Notes under the pieces: model-generated | Databases searched by the model: none | What the model saw: only the letters and a program-made list of their open reading frames with translations | What the model was told of the DNA's origin: nothing | Shown: positions 18,862 to 28,562 of the stretch, piece by piece | Layout: every line of letters begins with the position of its first letter | Numbering within the stretch: the stretch's first letter is position 1 | Program-made: the position numbers and the translations under genes | Source of the DNA: a virus | Strand: one strand, 5' to 3' | Virus record (IMG/VR): IMGVR_UViG_3300028706_000553 | Length of the DNA stretch: 64,000 bases

Positions 18862-20306
18862 AGCTAAGTAAAGTAGATGATGTACATATGTTTATTGATT
18901 GTGATGCTTCGCAGGCTGCAGAGCTAAACGACTACTTTACTTTTGAAATTCCAAATGCGAAATTTACTCCGTCATACAGAAATGGTTTCTGGGATGGAAA
19001 AATCAGATTGTTTGATGTTAGAAAAAGGCAACTGTACTATGGGTTATATGAATACGTTAAAAAGTTTTGTGAAACCGGAGACTATGAGTTACAAATTGAC
19101 GAAGGTGTTACGGTCGGGGATCATAATTTTAGTGATATTGATTGCACTAGATATAGTGAACGGCTTAATTTAAACTTAACTCCGAGAGATTATCAATTAC
19201 AAGCTGTTAGGCATTGTATTAATATGGATAGATGTTTACTTCTATCACCGACAGCATCTGGTAAATCTTTCATAATATATTTGTTACTTAGGTATTTTAA
19301 TACAAGAAGTTTAATAGTGGTACCAACTGTATCACTAGTACAACAAATGTATACCGATTTTCAAGAATATAGTGATGATTGGAATGTTGAAGAACATTGT
19401 CATTTAATCACTGCTGGTACAGAAAAAGAAACCGATAAACAAGTTGTAATCTCTACATGGCAATCTATCTATGCTTTGCCTAAAGATTACTTTAAAGAGT
19501 TCCGCTTTATGGTTGGCGATGAAGCACATTTATTTAAAGCAAAATCTTTAACCTCAGTAATGAGTAAGCTAAAAAACTGTCGTTGGAAGTTTGGAACTAC
19601 TGGAACTTTAGATGATTCCCAAACTCATAAATTGATCCTTGAAGGGTTATTTGGTCCTGTTTTTCAAGTTACACAAACAAAAGATTTAATTGATGCAGGA
19701 TACTTAGCTCAATTTAATATACAATGTATAGTATTCAGATATACACAAGAAGAAAAGTTATCAGCTAAAAAGTTTAATTACCAAGATGAGATTTCTTTCC
19801 TTATTAATCATGAAAAACGAAATAAATTCATTCGTAATCTTGCATGTGATCAAACAGGAAATACATTATTATTGTATCAATTCGTTGAAAAACATGGTGA
19901 AATATTATATAATATAATACAAGAAAAGGTAAATAAAGATAGAAAAGTATTTTTTGTTCATGGAGGAGTAGATGGATCAGACAGAGAAGAAATCAGAAGA
20001 ATTACTGAACAAGAGCGAGATGCTATTATCATTGCAAGCTTTGGTACCTTTAGTACTGGTATTAATATTAGGAACCTTCACAATATCATTTTTGCTAGCC
20101 CTTCTAAATCTAAAATAAGGAACTTACAATCAATAGGTAGAGGGTTACGAAAAGGAAGTAAAAAAGAGGAAGCTACTTTGTATGATATTTCTGATGATTT
20201 GTCTTATAAAACGTATACTAATTATACACTCAAACATTTTAAAGAGAGAATTTCTCAATATAATGAACAACAATTTAAATATCGTATGTTTCACATTGGA
20301 ATCTAA
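18858..20306 (+). CDS. uvsW: DNA helicase UvsW
   Basis: PRDYQ, SPTASGKS, GDEAH, GTTGT, FSTGINI, QSIGRGLR. Confidence 0.96.
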   Translation: MKLSKVDDVHMFIDCDASQAAELNDYFTFEIPNAKFTPSYRNGFWDGKIRLFDVRKRQLYYGLYEYVKKFCETGDYELQIDEGVTVGDHNFSDIDCTRYSERLNLNLTPRDYQLQAVRHCINMDRCLLLSPTASGKSFIIYLLLRYFNTRSLIVVPTVSLVQQMYTDFQEYSDDWNVEEHCHLITAGTEKETDKQVVISTWQSIYALPKDYFKEFRFMVGDEAHLFKAKSLTSVMSKLKNCRWKFGTTGTLDDSQTHKLILEGLFGPVFQVTQTKDLIDAGYLAQFNIQCIVFRYTQEEKLSAKKFNYQDEISFLINHEKRNKFIRNLACDQTGNTLLLYQFVEKHGEILYNIIQEKVNKDRKVFFVHGGVDGSDREEIRRITEQERDAIIIASFGTFSTGINIRNLHNIIFASPSKSKIRNLQSIGRGLRKGSKKEEATLYDISDDLSYKTYTNYTLKHFKERISQYNEQQFKYRMFHIGI

Positions 20307-20338
20307 ATTATATATTCCTCTGTGGCAACAACATATTT

Positions 20339-20367
20339 ATTATAACATATCTAAATAAAAAAATCAA
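20339..20367 (-). promoter_or_regulatory. sigma70-type promoter, antisense to uvsW
   Basis: minus strand TTGATT-N17-TATAAT. Confidence 0.55.
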
Positions 20368-20391
20368 GGAAAAAATAAAAAAAATAAATCC

Positions 20392-20420
20392 TTGATTTTA
20401 TTACAGAAATAGGGTATAAT
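20392..20420 (+). promoter_or_regulatory. sigma70-type promoter
   Basis: TTGATT-N17-TATAAT preceded by A-tracts (UP-like). Confidence 0.7.
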
Positions 20421-21725
20421 ATGTCATTAAAGAAAAAATCCATCGAAGTTTTATTTGAAGATGGTAGGATATTGTTGCCTAATAATAGGTGGACACCTTA
20501 TCATCAATTAGAACACGAATATATTCATGAGAATAGTATTGATTCTACATTCAGAAATACTGTTGATCTAGACTTATCTAAATGGGTCAGTGTTCTCGTA
20601 GATTATGGATATGGGGATATAGTTTGTAATTTAAATTATTGGTTATGGTTAAATGAAATAAGACCTATTAAAATAAAGATTTTAATTGACATTACCCATG
20701 AGAAAAAAAGCTTTAATAATAAAGAATCTACAAAAGATAAAATTGAATATTTAATACACAAACAATGGCAATCAAATATTGAATATAAGTATGTTACAAT
20801 ACGAAGATCTTTTGGTAATATGTTAAGGACTTATAAAAGTGCATTCCGTGGTAAGGGATTAATGAAACATACTGATAAGAATTACCGAAGAATGTGGCAT
20901 AAGTATGTACCTGTTAATTTAGAACAATATTGGTTTACTCCTCTTTCAATGCAATTAGAATGGTTTCCAACAAAATCACAATGGGAAAATCCTAAAGAAA
21001 AAAAAGCAGTATTATATAGATATTCACCTCCTAGAGATTGGGATCTAATTACAAATTATTCTTTTGCAAATATTGGTGATAAAATGATATCACAAGATGA
21101 AAAGGAAGTTAGTAAATATTGGTCTAATTTAGAGAAAGCTTTAAAGAAAGAAAAATATAGTGTTGAATATCTTGATTATAATATGACACCGAATCAGTTA
21201 TTTACAAAATTGTCTAAAGCTACAATGTTGATATCATCTAGAGGAGGCTTTTCATACTTATCGCAGCACATTGGAACCCCCACAGTTACAATTTTTCCTC
21301 CTGCGAGTATGGTTCTTAATAGAAATTATAATGGACAACATGTTCAATTTCATAATAGATCAATTAAATTATTCGAACCAGAACATATTGCAAAAGTTGA
21401 AATTGATGAATTGGCTAAAAGAAGTACATTAGAAAAATCTACAGCGTATTGGAAACAAACAGTATATAATACTCTTGAAAAAATGCAAACATTAGAAAAT
21501 GATGTTGGGTCATTTAATTCAGCTACATCAAAAGTTTACAGAGAAGCATTACGAAAAGACGCGAACGAAAAACCGAATGAAGATTTAAGTAAAATACTCC
21601 CTATTATTCAATCGAAAGAGAATGAAGATTGGGAAGGGAAAACTGTGAAATCAAGTATTAAAAAAGCTTTAACCAAAAAACCTAAAAAGAAAAAAGTGAA
21701 GAAGGCAAGTGGCAAGAAAAACTAA
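20421..21725 (+). CDS. GT-B/GT9-like glycosyltransferase-related protein with basic tail
   Basis: GYGDIV near the N-terminus; LSKATMLISSRGGFSYLSQHIGTPTVTIF resembles the GT9 C-terminal motif. Confidence 0.5.
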   Translation: MSLKKKSIEVLFEDGRILLPNNRWTPYHQLEHEYIHENSIDSTFRNTVDLDLSKWVSVLVDYGYGDIVCNLNYWLWLNEIRPIKIKILIDITHEKKSFNNKESTKDKIEYLIHKQWQSNIEYKYVTIRRSFGNMLRTYKSAFRGKGLMKHTDKNYRRMWHKYVPVNLEQYWFTPLSMQLEWFPTKSQWENPKEKKAVLYRYSPPRDWDLITNYSFANIGDKMISQDEKEVSKYWSNLEKALKKEKYSVEYLDYNMTPNQLFTKLSKATMLISSRGGFSYLSQHIGTPTVTIFPPASMVLNRNYNGQHVQFHNRSIKLFEPEHIAKVEIDELAKRSTLEKSTAYWKQTVYNTLEKMQTLENDVGSFNSATSKVYREALRKDANEKPNEDLSKILPIIQSKENEDWEGKTVKSSIKKALTKKPKKKKVKKASGKKN

Positions 21726-21753
21726 GGGTATTATTCATAGTATAAAGAAAGGT

Positions 21754-21852
21754 GTGAAAAAGAGAACTAGTATTGGTAAATCTCGACGTTCAACACCTAA
21801 AAATAAATCTAAAAAAGCTAACTTTAAAAAATATAGGGGGCAAGGAAAATAG
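21754..21852 (+). CDS. tiny basic protein (32 aa) ending KKYRGQGK
   Basis: read by hand; GTG start after GAAAGGT; ends 3 nt before gp55. Confidence 0.6.
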   Translation: MKKRTSIGKSRRSTPKNKSKKANFKKYRGQGK

Positions 21853-21855
21853 ATT

Positions 21856-22446
21856 ATGGCTAGAAAGAAATCAATACATTATGTAGACAATAAAAAGTTC
21901 CATGAGGAAATGGTTGCTTATAAAACCCATTGTGCAGACGTGAAAAATGATGATCCTGAAGCATTAATTCCAATTATACCAGATTATATTGGTGATTGTT
22001 TTATGAAGATAGCGGAGAGATTGAGTTTAAGACCTAACTTCGTTAATTATGCATTCAGAGATGAAATGATATCAGATGGCATTGAAAATTGTGTTCAATC
22101 TGCTCATAATTTCAATCCAGAAAAATCATCCAACCCTTTTTCATATTTTACACAAATCATTTACTTCGCCTTTATAAGACGTATTCAAAAAGAAAAGAAA
22201 CAATTATACATAAAATATAAATCCATACATAATAATAGTATGATATCAGATAGTGTTTCAATTTCTGATCATGATAGTGAAGGAGCATATAATGTTGAAG
22301 TATTATCTGAAGAACAAAAGGCTAACATATATAAATTTGTAGGCGATTTTGAAGCTGCTAAAGCTTCTAAGAAAAAACAGACTCCTAAAACGGGGGCAAA
22401 TACATTAATCCCACATATGGTAGAGGCTACTGAATCCACGTCATGA
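21856..22446 (+). CDS. gp55: late transcription sigma factor
   Basis: HYVDNKKF, IAERLSLRPNFVNY, EMISDGIENC, NPFSYFTQIIYFAFIRRI. Confidence 0.96.
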   Translation: MARKKSIHYVDNKKFHEEMVAYKTHCADVKNDDPEALIPIIPDYIGDCFMKIAERLSLRPNFVNYAFRDEMISDGIENCVQSAHNFNPEKSSNPFSYFTQIIYFAFIRRIQKEKKQLYIKYKSIHNNSMISDSVSISDHDSEGAYNVEVLSEEQKANIYKFVGDFEAAKASKKKQTPKTGANTLIPHMVEATESTS

Positions 22447-23486
22447 GATCAGCTATTATAACCGATACTCATTTCGGTGCCAGAAACGACAGCTTAGCAT
22501 TTAGTACATATTTTGCTAAGTTTTATAAAGATATATTTTTCCCTTATTTAAAAAATCATAATATAACACACGTTATTCATATGGGTGACGTATTTGATAG
22601 ACGAAAGTTTGTTAATTATAAGACGTTATATGATGCACGTAGATTTTTCTTCGATCCTTTAAAGGAAAATAATATTGAATGTTGGATGTTAGCGGGTAAT
22701 CACGATACCTTTTATAAAACAACAAATGAGGTAAATTCAGTAAGTTTACTATTAAAAGATTATAATAATATTCAAGTTTTTCACAATGCTACTGAAATGG
22801 AAAATTGTGTTTTAATGCCTTGGGTATGCAATGATAATTATGAAGAAAGTATTAAGATAATAAAAAACACTAAACACGATTTAATGTTTGGTCATCTTGA
22901 GATTATTGGTTTTGAAATGATACCAGGACAATTTAGTCCAGAAGGATTAGATCGCAAATTATTTAATAAATTTGATATGGTGTTTAGTGGGCACTTTCAT
23001 CATAAAAGCGATAATGGAACTGTTTATTACACAGGAAATCCTTATCAAACTAATTGGTTAGATTATAAGGATCCGCGCGGGTTCCATATTTTCGATTTCG
23101 ATTCGAGAGAATTAACGTTCATTCAAAATCCATATGAAATGTTTCATAAATTTCATTATAATGATATGGAATGGACTAATGAAGAAGTTAATCAAATGGA
23201 TTTTGATGATTGGCAACAATGTTATGTAAAGATTATTGTTGAGAATAAAACAAATCCATTTCTTTTTGATATTATTTTAGACAAGATGTATAAGTCCGGA
23301 GTTGGTAATATTAGCGTGGTTGAAGCATTCGCAGAGCTTGATAACGATGTTGATATTATTGATGAAGCACAAGATACAATATCAATTTTATCCACATATA
23401 TTGAAGGGTTGGAAACAAGGGTCAATAAAAAAAGCCTTGACATTTTGATGAGAAACCTGTATAATGAATCATTAACCTTAGAGTAG
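22443..23486 (+). CDS. gp47: recombination nuclease (Mre11/SbcD-like)
   Basis: DTHFG, GDVFD, GNHD, GHFH metallophosphoesterase motifs. Confidence 0.95.
   Translation: MRSAIITDTHFGARNDSLAFSTYFAKFYKDIFFPYLKNHNITHVIHMGDVFDRRKFVNYKTLYDARRFFFDPLKENNIECWMLAGNHDTFYKTTNEVNSVSLLLKDYNNIQVFHNATEMENCVLMPWVCNDNYEESIKIIKNTKHDLMFGHLEIIGFEMIPGQFSPEGLDRKLFNKFDMVFSGHFHHKSDNGTVYYTGNPYQTNWLDYKDPRGFHIFDFDSRELTFIQNPYEMFHKFHYNDMEWTNEEVNQMDFDDWQQCYVKIIVENKTNPFLFDIILDKMYKSGVGNISVVEAFAELDNDVDIIDEAQDTISILSTYIEGLETRVNKKSLDILMRNLYNESLTLE
23437..23465 (+). promoter_or_regulatory. perfect sigma70 promoter inside the gp47 3' end
   Basis: TTGACA-N17-TATAAT, 22 nt upstream of the ORF 23488 start. Confidence 0.7.
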
Positions 23487-23487
23487 T

Positions 23488-23799
23488 ATGAGTGACAACG
23501 CATCCTGGTTTTATGGTGAGCGTTTACCTGAAATAGCCAGAGAACATAATTGTTCGTTGAAAGAAGCAGAGAGAATATTTAGAGACGAGAAAGACATGTC
23601 AACCCCCGAAGAAACAAAATATGAAGAAGTTGAAATTGAATTAGAAAAAGAAGTTTTACACAATTTAATGTTAATGGCACATGAACGTGATATTTCATTA
23701 AATAAATTAATTGGTATAGCATTAGAAGATCAAATAAAACAATTCGAATACAAATTTGAACATGGTCCAAGCCCGCAATTTTTAGCTGAAAATAAATGA
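23488..23799 (+). CDS. small protein with C-terminal ribbon-helix-helix (HicB-like) domain
   Basis: VEIELEKEVLHNLMLMAHERDISLNKLIGIAL has the strand-helix-helix pattern. Confidence 0.5.
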   Translation: MSDNASWFYGERLPEIAREHNCSLKEAERIFRDEKDMSTPEETKYEEVEIELEKEVLHNLMLMAHERDISLNKLIGIALEDQIKQFEYKFEHGPSPQFLAENK

Positions 23800-25508
23800 T
23801 TCTATTTAAAAATGTTCGTTACAAGAACTTTTTAAGTAGCGGAAATATATTTACAGATATACAACTGGACAGGTCTAAAACGACCTTAATTACAGGTGAG
23901 AATGGTGCTGGTAAAAGTACTATGCTGGATGCAATAACATTCAGTCTATTCGGTAGACCATTTCGTAAAGTTAATAAGCCTCAATTAGTAAATTCTATCA
24001 ACGAAAAATCAACTGTTGTTGAGGCGGAATTTATGATTGGGAAAAAACATATATTAGTTCGTAGAGGAATAAGACCCAACTTATTTGAGATTGAAGTTGA
24101 TGGAGTTCAGCTACAACAAGATGCTAATATAAGAGATTTTCAAGAGTTTTTAGAAAAGAGTATTCTAAAGTTAAATTATAAGTCATTCACTCAGATTATA
24201 ATTTTAGGAAACTCTTCTTTTGTCCCCTTCATGCAATTGAGAGCTCATGATCGAAGAGCTATTATAGAGGACCTTTTAGATATTCAAATATTTTCATCCA
24301 TGAGTAATGTGTTAAAGACATATGTGGCTGAAAATAAAGTAAAGTTAGATGATAATCGATCCACAAAAGATTTAGTTGAAAATAAAATTAGCTTAAAAGA
24401 TGACTATATAACTCAATTAAAGAATAAAACAAAAAATTTAGTTACAAGATTTGAAAAAGAAATTAAATCCAATTTAGATCAAAAGACATCTCTTTTAACA
24501 GAGATGGATGAAACAAATAATAAGGTCCAAGAGCTTTTAGGACAAGTAAACGATGCAAAACAGGTAAGCGAAAAACATGATAAACTTACAGAATATCAAC
24601 GTTCCATTCTCCGAAATGTTGATTCCGAACAAAAGAATATCACCTTCTTTGAGTCAAACGATGACTGTCCGACATGTAAGCAGAACATCGACCACGCCTT
24701 CAAACACAAGGAAATTGTTCAAAAGCAAGAAAAGATCAAAGAATATGAAAACGCAGTGTCAGAAATTGACGACAAATTGGATGAAGTTAGATCAAGACTT
24801 CAAGCAATACAATCAATCCAAGAAGATATACAGTCTCACCAAACTAAAACACAGACACTCAATAATAGTATAAGTGCAATTAATCAGTATGTTGATAAAA
24901 TTGAAAAACAGATACAGGAAACAGAACAGGATACTGGTGATATAAAAGAGGAGAAGAAAAAATTAAAAGAATTTCAAAAAGAATTAGATGATATTCAAGA
25001 AAAAAGAGAAACACTTATAGATGATAATGAGTTATATTCTGTGGCTAGGAATATTTTAAAAGATGAAGGTATTAAAGCAAGAATAGTTAAACAATATTTG
25101 CCAATCATGAATAAATTGATTAACAAATATTTGACTCAAATGAATTTCTTTGTATCTTTTAATTTAGATGAAAATTTCAATGAAGAAATTAAATCAAGAT
25201 ATAGAGATGATTTTACGTATGATTCTTTCAGTGAAGGAGAGAAGATGCGAATTGATTTAGCATTATTGTTTACATGGAGAGCAATAGCTAAATTAAAAAA
25301 CTCTGTCAATACAAATTTATTAATATTAGATGAAGTATTTGATAGTTCCTTAGATGGCGAAGGTACAGATGAATTTATGAAGATAGTAAATGAACAAGGA
25401 AGTTCTACAAATGTGTTTGTTATTAGTCATAAAGGTGATACATTATATGATAAGTTTAGAGTTCATATGAGATTTGAGAAACGTAAAAATTTTAGTGTAA
25501 TAATATGA
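23796..25508 (+). CDS. gp46: recombination ATPase (Rad50/SbcC-like)
   Basis: GENGAGKS, zinc hook CPTC, FSEGE, LILDEVFD, ISH. Confidence 0.96.
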   Translation: MILFKNVRYKNFLSSGNIFTDIQLDRSKTTLITGENGAGKSTMLDAITFSLFGRPFRKVNKPQLVNSINEKSTVVEAEFMIGKKHILVRRGIRPNLFEIEVDGVQLQQDANIRDFQEFLEKSILKLNYKSFTQIIILGNSSFVPFMQLRAHDRRAIIEDLLDIQIFSSMSNVLKTYVAENKVKLDDNRSTKDLVENKISLKDDYITQLKNKTKNLVTRFEKEIKSNLDQKTSLLTEMDETNNKVQELLGQVNDAKQVSEKHDKLTEYQRSILRNVDSEQKNITFFESNDDCPTCKQNIDHAFKHKEIVQKQEKIKEYENAVSEIDDKLDEVRSRLQAIQSIQEDIQSHQTKTQTLNNSISAINQYVDKIEKQIQETEQDTGDIKEEKKKLKEFQKELDDIQEKRETLIDDNELYSVARNILKDEGIKARIVKQYLPIMNKLINKYLTQMNFFVSFNLDENFNEEIKSRYRDDFTYDSFSEGEKMRIDLALLFTWRAIAKLKNSVNTNLLILDEVFDSSLDGEGTDEFMKIVNEQGSSTNVFVISHKGDTLYDKFRVHMRFEKRKNFSVII

Positions 25509-26074
25509 GAGAATTAGTCCCAGAAGAACATAATTTACTTAACCAAGAAACCATTCCATTTAGCCGACTGGCTCCTCCAATGGATGCTCGTCAACTTCAA
25601 GATGAATTGATTGAAGGTATGTATCACTATAATGGTGTGGGATTATCAGCAAATCAAATAGGATACAAATATAAAGTATTTTCAATGAATCATGAAGGCC
25701 AATCAATGGCGTTATTTAATCCAGAAATAATAGAAGTATCCGATGAATTAGTTTATGAAACAGAAGGATGTTTGAGTTATCCAGGATTATATGTTAAAAT
25801 ATTAAGACCGAAAAGTTTATCAGCGTCATGGGAAGATGCATCAGGTGAGAATTTTTCAGGTTATTTTTCAGATCTTTCAGCACGCATTTTCCTACATGAA
25901 ATGGACCATATGGAAGGTAATATATATTATGAGAGAGCCAAAGTTGTTCATTTACAAAGTGCTAGAAGAAAACGTAGGACTAATCTTAAAGCTTTAAAAC
26001 AGCAGAGCCCCGAATTATGGCAAAGTCATATAAACAACAAAAAACTAAAGAAAAATTTAGTAAAGATATCTTAG
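25505..26074 (+). CDS. def: peptide deformylase
   Basis: GVGLSANQIG, EGCLSYPG, HEMDH: all three PDF motifs. Confidence 0.93.
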   Translation: MRELVPEEHNLLNQETIPFSRLAPPMDARQLQDELIEGMYHYNGVGLSANQIGYKYKVFSMNHEGQSMALFNPEIIEVSDELVYETEGCLSYPGLYVKILRPKSLSASWEDASGENFSGYFSDLSARIFLHEMDHMEGNIYYERAKVVHLQSARRKRRTNLKALKQQSPELWQSHINNKKLKKNLVKIS

Positions 26075-26193
26075 ATAAACAATCTAAGAAACAACGGCGA
26101 TTCGGTAAAGAATTAGCTGATAATTATGTCATCGATTGGAAAGACGATGAACTCGAAGAAGAGGAATATGAGTACAATAACACTAGAGAATAA
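26017..26193 (+). CDS. small protein with basic N-terminus and acidic C-terminus (58 aa)
   Basis: read by hand: MAKSYKQQKTKEKFSK...WKDDELEEEEYEYNNTRE; overlaps def and queD. Confidence 0.5.
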   Translation: MAKSYKQQKTKEKFSKDILDKQSKKQRRFGKELADNYVIDWKDDELEEEEYEYNNTRE

Positions 26194-26701
26194 TCAACCT
26201 AGAACATATAAGTATAATAGTACGAAGGAATATGTAGATAAATTTCCAGTTGCTTATCGACAATGGAAAGCAGATAGTCATTGTAATGTCATTCATGGCT
26301 ACAGTTTTAGTATGAGATTCTTTTTTGGTACAGATCATTTAGATGTTAGAAATTGGGTGGCAGATTATGGTGGCATGGGAGAACTTAAACAATTTTTAGA
26401 TGAACAGTTTGATCATACGTTGTTAGTAGCAGAAGACGATCCACATATTGATTGGTATAAGGAAGCAAAGAAAAAAGGTATTGCAAATGTTATTACATTA
26501 CCTAAACTCGGATGTGAGGGTTTAGCAGATCAATTATACAAATATGTAAACGGTATATTCATTCCAGATATGTGGGGTCCAGGTGAAGCAGATAGGCTTT
26601 GGTGTTTTAGAGTAGAAGTACGAGAAACACAAACTAATATGGCTTGGCGCGAAGGACACAGAGAATGGGGTGAAGATTTATTTAACATAGATGAAGGATA
26701 A
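26168..26701 (+). CDS. queD: 6-carboxytetrahydropterin synthase QueD/PTPS family
   Basis: HCNVIHGYS, DYGG...LK, FDH, VEVRET; likely ATG 26168 after GAGG (track start 26126). Confidence 0.85.
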   Translation: MSTITLENNQPRTYKYNSTKEYVDKFPVAYRQWKADSHCNVIHGYSFSMRFFFGTDHLDVRNWVADYGGMGELKQFLDEQFDHTLLVAEDDPHIDWYKEAKKKGIANVITLPKLGCEGLADQLYKYVNGIFIPDMWGPGEADRLWCFRVEVRETQTNMAWREGHREWGEDLFNIDEG

Positions 26702-26703
26702 CA

Positions 26704-26922
26704 ATGGAAACAAGAGTAGCAAAAGAAGATTATAGTACTTGTGGTAGTATGGAAGTTAAAGAGTGTGTAAATGAATGTGTTGAACCAATATGTTATGTGC
26801 GAGATTTACGAGAAGCGGTTTCTGGCACGGGTGTTGAATCAATGGTGGAAATGGCATTAGAGGAACATTGGTTTACAGCATATAATGTTGGAATAAAAGA
26901 TTGGCCTTTACTTCAAGGATAA
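26704..26922 (+). CDS. hypothetical Cys-containing protein
   Basis: ORF between queD and queE. Confidence 0.45.
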   Translation: METRVAKEDYSTCGSMEVKECVNECVEPICYVRDLREAVSGTGVESMVEMALEEHWFTAYNVGIKDWPLLQG

Positions 26923-27782
26923 AAGGTAACATGTCAAAATTAAGATATTCTGAAATGTTTTATAGCGTTCAGGGTGAAGGTAAGTTTATAGGAGTACCAA
27001 GTGTCTTTTTAAGATTATATGGTTGTAATTTTGAATGTCCAGGTTTCGGTCAGGAAAGAGGTATACCTCTTCTTCCACGTGATGATATGCCTTGGAAGAA
27101 TCTTGATATTAGTAAATATAAATCTGTACAAGAATTACCAGTTATGCATATTGGATGTGATAGTTCAGCTAGCTGGGCTAAAGAATATATGCATCTTTCT
27201 GTGTTTGAACAAGCTGATGATATAGCTGAAAAATTATTAGAGTTAACTCCCAATAATAGTTGGGATAATGATGGCCAAGATATTCATTTAATATTAACTG
27301 GCGGTGAACCACTAATGTGGCAAAAACAATTACCAGATTTATTAAATGCTCCAGCTATGAAAGGGCTTAGAAATATTACATTTGAGACTAATAGTACATT
27401 TCCACTCACCGAAGATTTTTATCAATGTTTAATGAGAAAGAGTTCTGTTGATGTAACATGGTCTTGCAGTCCTAAATTAAGTATTAGTGGAGAGGAACAT
27501 GAAAAAGCAATTAAACCAGAGAATTGGGATCAATATAGTACAATAGCTCACAGTAATCTTTATTTAAAATTTGTTGTTCAAGATGAAGAAGATTTAAATG
27601 AAATAGCAGATATACAACATCGAGAACAATTAAAATACGATATATATTGCATGCCTTGTGGAGGGACTAGTGAAATGCTAGCTAAAACAAAATTCAATAT
27701 TGCTGAAAAAGCTATGGCAAGAGGGTGGAGATATTCGCCCAGATTACATGTAGATTTATTTGGTAATAGGTGGGGCACATGA
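26901..27782 (+). CDS. queE: 7-carboxy-7-deazaguanine synthase (radical SAM)
   Basis: SVQGEG, FLRLYGCNFEC...GCD, LTGGEP, ETN, SPKL, PRLH; next to queD. Confidence 0.88.
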   Translation: MAFTSRIKGNMSKLRYSEMFYSVQGEGKFIGVPSVFLRLYGCNFECPGFGQERGIPLLPRDDMPWKNLDISKYKSVQELPVMHIGCDSSASWAKEYMHLSVFEQADDIAEKLLELTPNNSWDNDGQDIHLILTGGEPLMWQKQLPDLLNAPAMKGLRNITFETNSTFPLTEDFYQCLMRKSSVDVTWSCSPKLSISGEEHEKAIKPENWDQYSTIAHSNLYLKFVVQDEEDLNEIADIQHREQLKYDIYCMPCGGTSEMLAKTKFNIAEKAMARGWRYSPRLHVDLFGNRWGT

Positions 27783-28526
27783 ATGAAAATTTATGTTAGT
27801 GGTCCTGGTGTTTCTATAGCGGCCAGAGGAATAGGTTTAGAACGATATACATATTGGTCTAAACGTTCTGAGATGGAAGAAAACGGATCTGGAACAGGAG
27901 AGGATTTGTTTAATTATTCTTGGAATATATCAGATCGCGATAGAATGAATGTTCCAGAAGACGTAGATTTTTTAGAAGATAAAGCATGGAATGATCCTGG
28001 AAATTGGGTTATAAATGCATGCAATTATGAATTAGCTGATATATGCATAGAAGATGGTGGTGTAGTTAATAGATATCGACCACATGATATTCCTCACGTA
28101 AAACATGTATTAGTAAAGTTTAAGCCCCAATTACGTCCGAAAGGATGGGATCTGCCCGGACAGCAAGCTGCTGCTCCTCCTCTCAATCATCATACCCACC
28201 GTTATTTTTTCTATACAGGCTTTTCATCTGAAAGCGGTTATTGGCAACATAAACAATATAATAACTCAATACCTCTTGAAAAGTTTAGGTTACAAATAAT
28301 AGAGGTCTCAAACAGAAATTGGATCGTAGGTCTGGAAACAACACAAGAATATAGTCATGTTATATCCAAAGAAATGTGTGTAAATAGACTTCCTGTTAGA
28401 AATCGTGTATTCTTAGAAGACTGGATGAAGGCAACCAACTTACCTTTAGACTATGATATGTTTACAGGTAATCACAAGAGAGATTGTTCTAATTTTAAAA
28501 TTCATAATAGATATTTTTGGGAATAG
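27783..28526 (+). CDS. hypothetical protein
   Basis: long ORF abutting queE; no motif recognised. Confidence 0.55.
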   Translation: MKIYVSGPGVSIAARGIGLERYTYWSKRSEMEENGSGTGEDLFNYSWNISDRDRMNVPEDVDFLEDKAWNDPGNWVINACNYELADICIEDGGVVNRYRPHDIPHVKHVLVKFKPQLRPKGWDLPGQQAAAPPLNHHTHRYFFYTGFSSESGYWQHKQYNNSIPLEKFRLQIIEVSNRNWIVGLETTQEYSHVISKEMCVNRLPVRNRVFLEDWMKATNLPLDYDMFTGNHKRDCSNFKIHNRYFWE

Positions 28527-28535
28527 ATAAGGTAT

Positions 28536-28543
28536 TATAAATA
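28536..28543 (+). promoter_or_regulatory. late promoter TATAAATA
   Basis: exact consensus heading the tail-fibre cluster. Confidence 0.8.
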
Positions 28544-28562
28544 GTACATTAGGAGAAATTAT

